A stretch of 43,498 nt of DNA from Tubiluchus corallicola (taxonomy: Eukaryota > Animalia > Priapulida): assembly GCA_030141605.1 (NCBI GenBank), contig JAQGDQ010001382.1, positions 1-43,498 of the forward strand, read 5' to 3'. This document shows positions 36,570-43,498 of the stretch, piece by piece. The first letter of the stretch is position 1. Every line of letters starts with the position of its first letter. The notes beneath the pieces were generated by a model. That model was not told where the DNA came from. It searched no databases and saw only the letters and a list, made by a program, of their open reading frames with translations. Made by a program: the position numbers and the translations under genes.

Positions 36570-37189
36570 ATGTACTTTCACTAAGTTCAGAAAATACAGC
36601 ACTCATACTTATAATGGAAGGTCAATTCAAAGCGTTCTTGTGTTACCGTTAGCTGATGACGTCACAATGAGCGCCATTGTCTTTTTCGCCATCTTCCTCT
36701 ATTTCTAGGAAAAAGAGGAGCACTTAATATTTTTCCGCGTCCAGATCAATGGGCAACATTCACGATGGCATGACGAAACGAATAGTTCACTGTTCTGTTT
36801 CACATTAGCCGGCTTGATTCCAGCCATGCCATGTATAATTCATGCTCCATACATCCAACATTTGTATTCGTCATGCAAAATAACACTCCATATTCTAGTC
36901 ATATTCAATGCAGCACGCATTTCCAGCAAGCAAGTGGAAAACGATTTATAATGTATGGGGACTTAACGTGTCGCATTTTCACGTGTTTGCTGCTTAGGAG
37001 GCGGTCATTGAAACCGTAATGTCTGTTTTTCTATTATAAATAATACTTCCACAATGGTATTTTGCACTTAGGTGCCATGAATAAATTATAATGTGTAGTT
37101 GCAAATCTTGCACTTGTTTTCCTATAAGGGAATTGCAAAATGGTTTCATTCTTTTATGACGTCTCATATTAAATTATTAAATAGGTTAC

Positions 37190-37686
37190 TTTTCTCTCTC
37201 TCTCTCTCTCCCTCTCTCTCCCTCTCTCTCTCTCTCCCTCTCTCTTTCTCTCTCTCTCTCCCTCTCTCTTTCTCTCTCTCTCTCTCTCTTTCCCTATTTC
37301 TCTTTCCCTCTTTCTCTCTTTCCCCCTCTCTCTTTCTCTCTCTCTTTCCCTCTTTCTCTCTCTCTCCCTCTCTCTCCCCCTCTCTCTTTCTCTCTTTCTC
37401 TTCCCCTCTCTCTCTCCCCTTCTCTCTCCCCCTCTCCCTTTCTCTCTCCCTATCTCTCTCCCCCCCTCTCTCTCTTGCCCCTCTCTCTTTCTCTCTCTCT
37501 TTCCCTCTTTCTCTCTCTCTCCCTCTCTCTTTCTCTCTCTCTCTCTCTCTCTTCCTCTCTCTCTCTCTCCCCTTGTCTCTCCCCCCTCTCCCTTTCTCTC
37601 TCCCTATCTCTCTCCGCCCCCCCTCTCTCTCTCTCTCTTGCCCCTCTCTCTTTCTCTCTTCCTATCTCTCTCTCCCACTCTCTCTA
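37190..37686. repeat. Imperfect (CT)n polypyrimidine tract
   Basis: Direct reading. Confidence 0.95.
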
Positions 37687-38062
37687 TCAAATCAACCTCA
37701 ATTATTTTGTTAATCAAAGATCCTTGTAGTATTGTCGTATAAACCAACGTAGAAAATTCAGCTACTGTTTTGTTGGTTTTAAAAATGGTTTGATTCATTC
37801 CGCATGTCACTTGAGACGGCACACGAAGGTGGCACTACACCAAGTTCCTTTTTAAACACAAACCTGTTGTCAAGAGTAAAGAATTGTTTTTTCTAATGGA
37901 AGACTGGCGAAGGTCAAGTTGTGAACAAACATTCTTGCTAATAACAGATTATTGTTGCTTCTTCTTTTTCTTCATGCTCTGTTTTTTTCTGCTCCAAAAC
38001 ATTTTTTTGTTTTTTCCGTCTACTGATCCCAGCCATGAAAGCACTTAAAGGTTGCCGTTTAC

Positions 38063-38332
38063 TTTTTTCTTTTTCTTTTCTTTCTTTCCCAACTTTCTCT
38101 TCCCTTCCCTTCCCTTCCCTTCCCTTCCCTTCCCTTCCCTTCCCTTCCCTTCCCTTCCCTTCCCTTCCCTTCCCTTCTCTTCTCTTCTCTTCTCTTCTCT
38201 TCTCTTCTCTTCTCTTCTCTTCTCTTCTCTTCTCTTCTCTTCTCTTCTCTTCTCTTCTCTTCTCTTCTCTTTGCTTCTCTTCTTTTCTCTTCTCCTGTCT
38301 TCTCTTTCTCTGTCTATTTCTCTTTCTCTCTC
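38063..38332. repeat. (TTCCC)n/(TTCTC)n microsatellite
   Basis: Direct reading. Confidence 0.95.
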
Positions 38333-38689
38333 ATTAGCCCTTTTTTGCTAAAATAATATCTTTTCACGACATTAATATTATTTTATTTAACTTAGTATTG
38401 GCCAACAGTTTTTTACAGGCTGTTTTCCTACAACGCGCTTGAAAATAAACAATCACGAAACTTGCCTGCAGACAAGTGAACTGACGCGTTTAATGATCTA
38501 AACTAAGTGTCATTTTTCACACTTGGCACCTGATTTTACGTGACGGTAAATCAAGTTTGCATATTTTTACAGTGGAATTTAGTTGGCCTACTTGTGGTTG
38601 AGCTGTTGCCGAAACTCACCAATGTTACAATTTAAATAAGAACATAATATAAAGAAAAGCCACTGGCATTGTTTTCGTTGGCGTATTTA

Positions 38690-38877
38690 CAGCTGTTGAC
38701 TCTTGAACAGCTGTAGCTGTCATAAATGACGTCACAGCTGCGCAGTCAGGGCAAGTGACGTCATTGTTGCACAGCCAGCATACCGAACTAATGTTTTAAT
38801 TCGGATTGCCTAGATTTTAGTTGCTCAGAAGTTGCACGGCTCGTTGCGCGCTGAAAAGCACATCAAATTAGCAGCTG
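38690..38877 (+). promoter_or_regulatory. CRE/E-box cluster, probable GPCR proximal promoter
   Basis: TGACGTCA at 38727 and 38756; CAGCTG at 38690, 38708, 38735 and 38872; CpG-enriched; 200-400 bp before the ATG. Confidence 0.6.
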
Positions 38878-39085
38878 TGCTGCGCGCTCATAGAGTTTCG
38901 CGCTAGGAGTGTATGATGTGATAGAGAAACCACGCTCGTCTTGTGCTCTACTTCATTTGAGAAGCCCGTCTCTTTGAACTAAATACAAATGTTTCAATAA
39001 GTTTTACACGCGCGCCATGTTTTGTCGTTGCGAATTAAAAACGTTTTTTGTGTAAACTTTGTCAAATAGCTACTCGAGGGTAAAT

Positions 39086-39425
39086 ATGGCTGATGACTGT
39101 CCACGTTACCCGCCACCAGCGCCACCCACCTATGTCTTTAACAAGAACTTGACCACGGCGGAATGGACAATGGGCGAGGAGGTGACGCTTGTGTTGTGGT
39201 ATGTTATTGTCACTGTCGCCACCATCGTCGGTAATTTGTTGGTGATCGGGGTGGTGTTCTTTGTGAAAAATATGAAGGTGACAATGAACGTCTATCTAGC
39301 AAATCTTGCTATTGCTGATCTGGTTATTGGAGTGATGTTTCTGTGGACCAGACCATTTACTTACATGTCCAAACCCAACTTTCCCTTTGCTGCATGGGTC
39401 TGCAAGTTTTTGCCATTCGTTTTGA
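39086..39425 (+). CDS. Class A (rhodopsin-family) GPCR, neuropeptide-receptor-like; first coding exon (N-terminus to start of TM3)
   Basis: NLT sequon, TM1 GNLLV, TMNVYLANLAIADL (TM2 LAxxD), ECL1-TM3 FPFAAWVCKF with the conserved Cys; donor A|GTAAGT at 39426. Later exons were not found in this window. Confidence 0.93.
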
Positions 39426-39514
39426 GTAAGTGCATTCATTTCAACAGTATTTTGTTCCTTATAACTGCAGTTGCATGTTTTCCTAATGTAATCGTATATA
39501 TTAATTCTACTGGT

Positions 39515-39740
39515 ATATATATATATATATAAAATTCGAGGCTACAGCTCGGACGGCGGCACTATTTGCGGCGATCTATACATCAAACAAAAGGTCTCGA
39601 TCTAGTGTCGTGCCATTGGGGGTTTATTTTTCGAATCGGGTCCACCGGGAGGAACGGGGGGGGGGGCAAAAAACCTCGAAAAATGGCCACTTTTGGTCGT
39701 TTTTTGTAAAAAAAATGTTTAAAAATACTTGTTTAACCCT
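39515..39740 (+). mobile_element. Possible non-autonomous Helitron-like fragment
   Basis: (TA)nAAAA start followed by a GC-rich repeat-like body; no 3' hairpin/CTAG identified. Confidence 0.3.
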
Positions 39741-40749
39741 TTAATGTGTAGTGTAATAGATATGATATGAAAGTTATTATTCTTCCCAGTAATATGGTTT
39801 AAAGCTGAATGAAATTGTTGCTGGTTGTGACAGATTTGCTACTATATGCTGCCTCTTTTGGTATCAAGTTTTGCCCATAGGTGGCTAAGTGTTCATTTTT
39901 ATTGGAAGTTGAACTGTGACCAGCACCTAATTTGCAGACTCTGTGAACCAGTTCAAGTTTGAAAACTGGCAGTTATTTATATTGGTTGTTTTCGGAGTTG
40001 TAAAAAAATACCAGCCTGTTACTAATATCATAAAAATGGCGTTACATATTGTGAAGAATATATATTTGATGTAGTTTTTTGTCCGTGTCAACATGTTTCT
40101 GTATCATATTGTAACAATTGGAGTATCTTCTATTATTTGCTGTCATTCTTGAGTATGTCATGCGTCTGTCTTGAGTATGTTGAGTATGTCTTGAGTATGT
40201 CGCACAGCCATGCTAGATAGTATCAATGGTTTTTACAGTGGCAGTGTCAGGAAAGTACATAGAAATACCTCGGTTGAGTTTGGCCACTTCGCTTGTTGTT
40301 CGCGCTTGTTTTCAGAAAATTTTGTTGCTTAACAGAACAAGTTGCTGAAGAAGTTGCCAGGCCGCTCACGAGTGCAAACTTACTCTCATACAGAAGTTGC
40401 GCAACAAGTTGCGAGAGAAGTCTCTAGTCTCCAGTAAATGCCCGACTATTAATCCGCGCATATAGGCATTTGCAATATTTACTTATCACTCAACCTTATT
40501 TCTTTATGATTTGATCATCATATTCCTGTATGTTCTGCACTATTTCTTCTAGAACTCCAGCTGCAAGCCCTGCATATGTTAATATTGAATAATTTATCAC
40601 TGATGCTCTGAATGGAGCAAAATGACTACAAGTGAATCGAATAAACAGAAATAAAGCCCTCGCAAAACAGCATCAATTGATTGAATCGTGTAAGTTGCCA
40701 AGAGCTTATTCAAACGAGTGCAAGACGTCTCTTATTTTTGCTGAATCCT

Positions 40750-41352
40750 TTAAAGGAAGCCAGGATTATTCATCATATGCTGCCCCATTTTCAAGCACGG
40801 TCAAGCTATACATTTTAACACCAATAATACCGCAAGAAAGCGTTTCTGATAATTAAATACTTGACTAAAATCCTATTTAACGACGCTCGAGCCCAACTAG
40901 TGATGACATCACAAACTAACGTAATTTTCAATATCAAAACTGTTCTACGAGCGTGTTGCAAGTGTTTGCGAACGCGAAAATTGAAGTACTGAGCTACTGT
41001 AAGATATTCAGTGGCAAGTTTTAAGATAGAAATTCAAATTTACCGCTGTACTCATGCATGAGCTGTTGAACGTGCATAGTTCGTCACAAACTAACAAATC
41101 TGAACTGAGAGGTACATCACCTGTTTTTTGTGCAACGCTTTCCGAAATGCAGAAGCTAGTGCCGTCTAACTAGCGAATGGCGAAATGCATGTAACAGCGA
41201 AGAATTACTGGCGCGAACGTGAAATTGTATTTGTGTAGTTGTAATTCTTTCACGTAAGTCATTTTTGAAAAAAATAGTATGTTTACTTTCAATATTTTAA
41301 AGAGTAGATTGTTTTGCCCTACATTTTAAGATTGGGTCCGGTTTTGCTTTAT
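40750..41352. mobile_element. Kolobok-like MITE copy 3 (GPCR intron)
   Basis: TTAA|AGGAAGCCAGGA ... TCCGGTTTTGCT|TTAT; collinear with copies 1 and 2. Confidence 0.82.
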
Positions 41353-41417
41353 ATATATAAACTGTCAAAATGTTAAGCTGCCGGTCAAAACATCCTGTTC
41401 TTTAAAATAAATATAAT

Positions 41418-42126
41418 ATAAATATGAACATGAACATGAATATGAATATAAATATGAACATGAACATGAATATGAACATGAATGTGAATAATGTATATAT
41501 AAATATAAATATAAATATAAATATAAATATAAATATAAATATAAATATAAATATAAATATAAATATAAATATAAATATAAATATAAATATAAATATAAAT
41601 ATAAATATAAATATAAATATAAATATAAATATAAATATAAATATAAATATAAAGATAAATATAAATATAAATATAAATATAAATATAAATATAAATATAA
41701 ATATAAATATAAATATAAATATAAATATAAATATAAATATAAATATAAATATAAATATAAATATAAATATAAATATAAATATAAATATAAATATAAATAT
41801 AAATATAAACATAAACATAAACATAAACATAAACATAAACATAAACATAAACATAAACATAAACATAAACATAAACATAAACATAAACATAAACATAAAC
41901 ATAAACATAAACATAAACATAAACATAAACATAAACATAAACATAAACATAAACATAAACATAAACATAAACATAAACATAAACATAAACATAAACATAA
42001 ACATAAACATAAACATAAACATAAACATAAACATAAACATAAACATAAACATAAACATAAACATAAACATAAACATAAACATAAATATAAATATAAATAA
42101 ATGTAAATGTAAATATAAATATAAAT
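41418..42126. repeat. (ATAAAT)n/(ATAAAC)n hexanucleotide microsatellite
   Basis: Direct reading. Confidence 0.98.
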
Positions 42127-42992
42127 CTCGTGGTACAATCACATCAGATAAACAAACAGATCAACAAGCAAAATAACATTAATTAAGAAGATCAGTAGGC
42201 AATGTGAATATGTACAATTAAGTGAGAGTAAGATATGTTAGTATGGCGTACAACTCATTCCTGTCAAAAGAATCAAAATAATTATGTTCTAGAGACCATG
42301 TAACTTCCTTGGTGAAATTTACAGTCCGTATTTGTTCATTGCTAGCATTACCTCTTGCCATCTAATGTACAGAAAAAACTTTAGAAAGAAAATTTTCATT
42401 TGTGAAAAAGTATTGTACTCGTTAAAATGGATAACAAATTAAAATCCATTATAGAAGATGCATGAAATCCAGAGTTACGTCGGTTGTGAAAATCGGACTG
42501 CCCTGACAAGACTCCTGTATGTCTCCGTAGTAAGTTTCTTTCACAGCTTGGCATTCATGTAACGTGTTTTCTCTGTAGCAAACAGGAATAAATCAACAGT
42601 AGTAGATGGAGCAGCAGCAGCTGGGTACCATAATTTTTGACAAGAGTTTCTGTTTTCTTGGCATGCGGACAGAAGTTGCGTTGTGCTCAATGACGTCATC
42701 AAATGGTGCTTAGTACGAAGCCATGACTGACTTATTTCTTCACTGCTACCGAGACGCCAATGCGACATGTTTCTCGCCCTATCAGCCTGGTTTATCTAAT
42801 CACAACGAAACATGTTGATTATACAGAATTATTTTATAATAGGCACAGGCAACTTTTGTCACAGACATCGTTTTTTGATTACATATTAATTTGATTCTCA
42901 ATATATGAATATGTTTAGCTTCATACAGTCAGACAAATATTAAGACTAGAAAATAAATTTTTTTTGATCAATTAAATAAAGAGATTGATAAT

Positions 42993-43498
42993 TATATTAT
43001 ATTATATTATATTATATTATATTATATTATATTATATTATATTATATTATATTATATTATATTATATTATATTATATTATATTATATTATATTATATTAT
43101 ATTATATTATATTATATTATATTATATTATATTATATTATATAATATAATATAATATAATATAATATAATATAATATAATATAATATAATATAATATAAT
43201 ATAATATATTATATTATATTATATTATATTATATTATATTATATTATATTATATTATATTATATTATATTATATTATATTATATTATATTATATTATATT
43301 ATATTATATTATATTATATTATATTATATTACATTACATTACATTACATTACATTACATTACATTACATTACATTACATCACATCACATCACATCACATC
43401 ACATCACATCACATCACATCACATCACATCACATCACATCACATCACATCACATCACATCACATCACATCATATCATATTATATTATATATCATATCA
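42993..43498. repeat. (TATTA)n-(TAATA)n-(TATTA)n-(CATTA)n-(CATCA)n compound microsatellite
   Basis: Direct reading. Confidence 0.98.

Noticed and set aside
42547-42578. Candidate GPCR exon 2 after tttctttcacag
   Set aside because: In the required phase it reaches a stop after about 10 codons and has no DRY-like motif.

Overview
AT-rich, repeat-dense animal (probably invertebrate) nuclear DNA with GT-AG introns; no prokaryotic features. Four genes can be reconstructed by hand. (1) The last two coding exons of an R-spondin-like gene (+; TSP1 exon 2104-2292, polybasic tail exon 5703-5959). (2) A secreted 210-aa Gly/Tyr-rich protein gene (-; CDS 8215-8847, non-coding exon 1 about 10482-10535). 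(3) A divergently transcribed four-exon gene (+; about 19300-27386) for a 784-aa secreted protein: signal peptide, a very long acidic Thr/Ala/Glu mucin-like block and a poly-Arg tail. (4) The first coding exon of a class A peptide-type GPCR (+; 39086-39425) behind a CRE/E-box cluster. The rest is mobile or repetitive DNA: three copies of a TTAA-flanked Kolobok-like MITE, hAT-like MITEs, RTE and CR1/L2-like LINE remnants (one certainly and one probably seeding minisatellites), a solo LTR with a perfect heat-shock element, an inverted pair of decayed hammerhead motifs, an intronic foldback, and many mini- and microsatellites. Most long ORFs in the supplied track are repeat artefacts. All calls come from reading the sequence; no searches were run.
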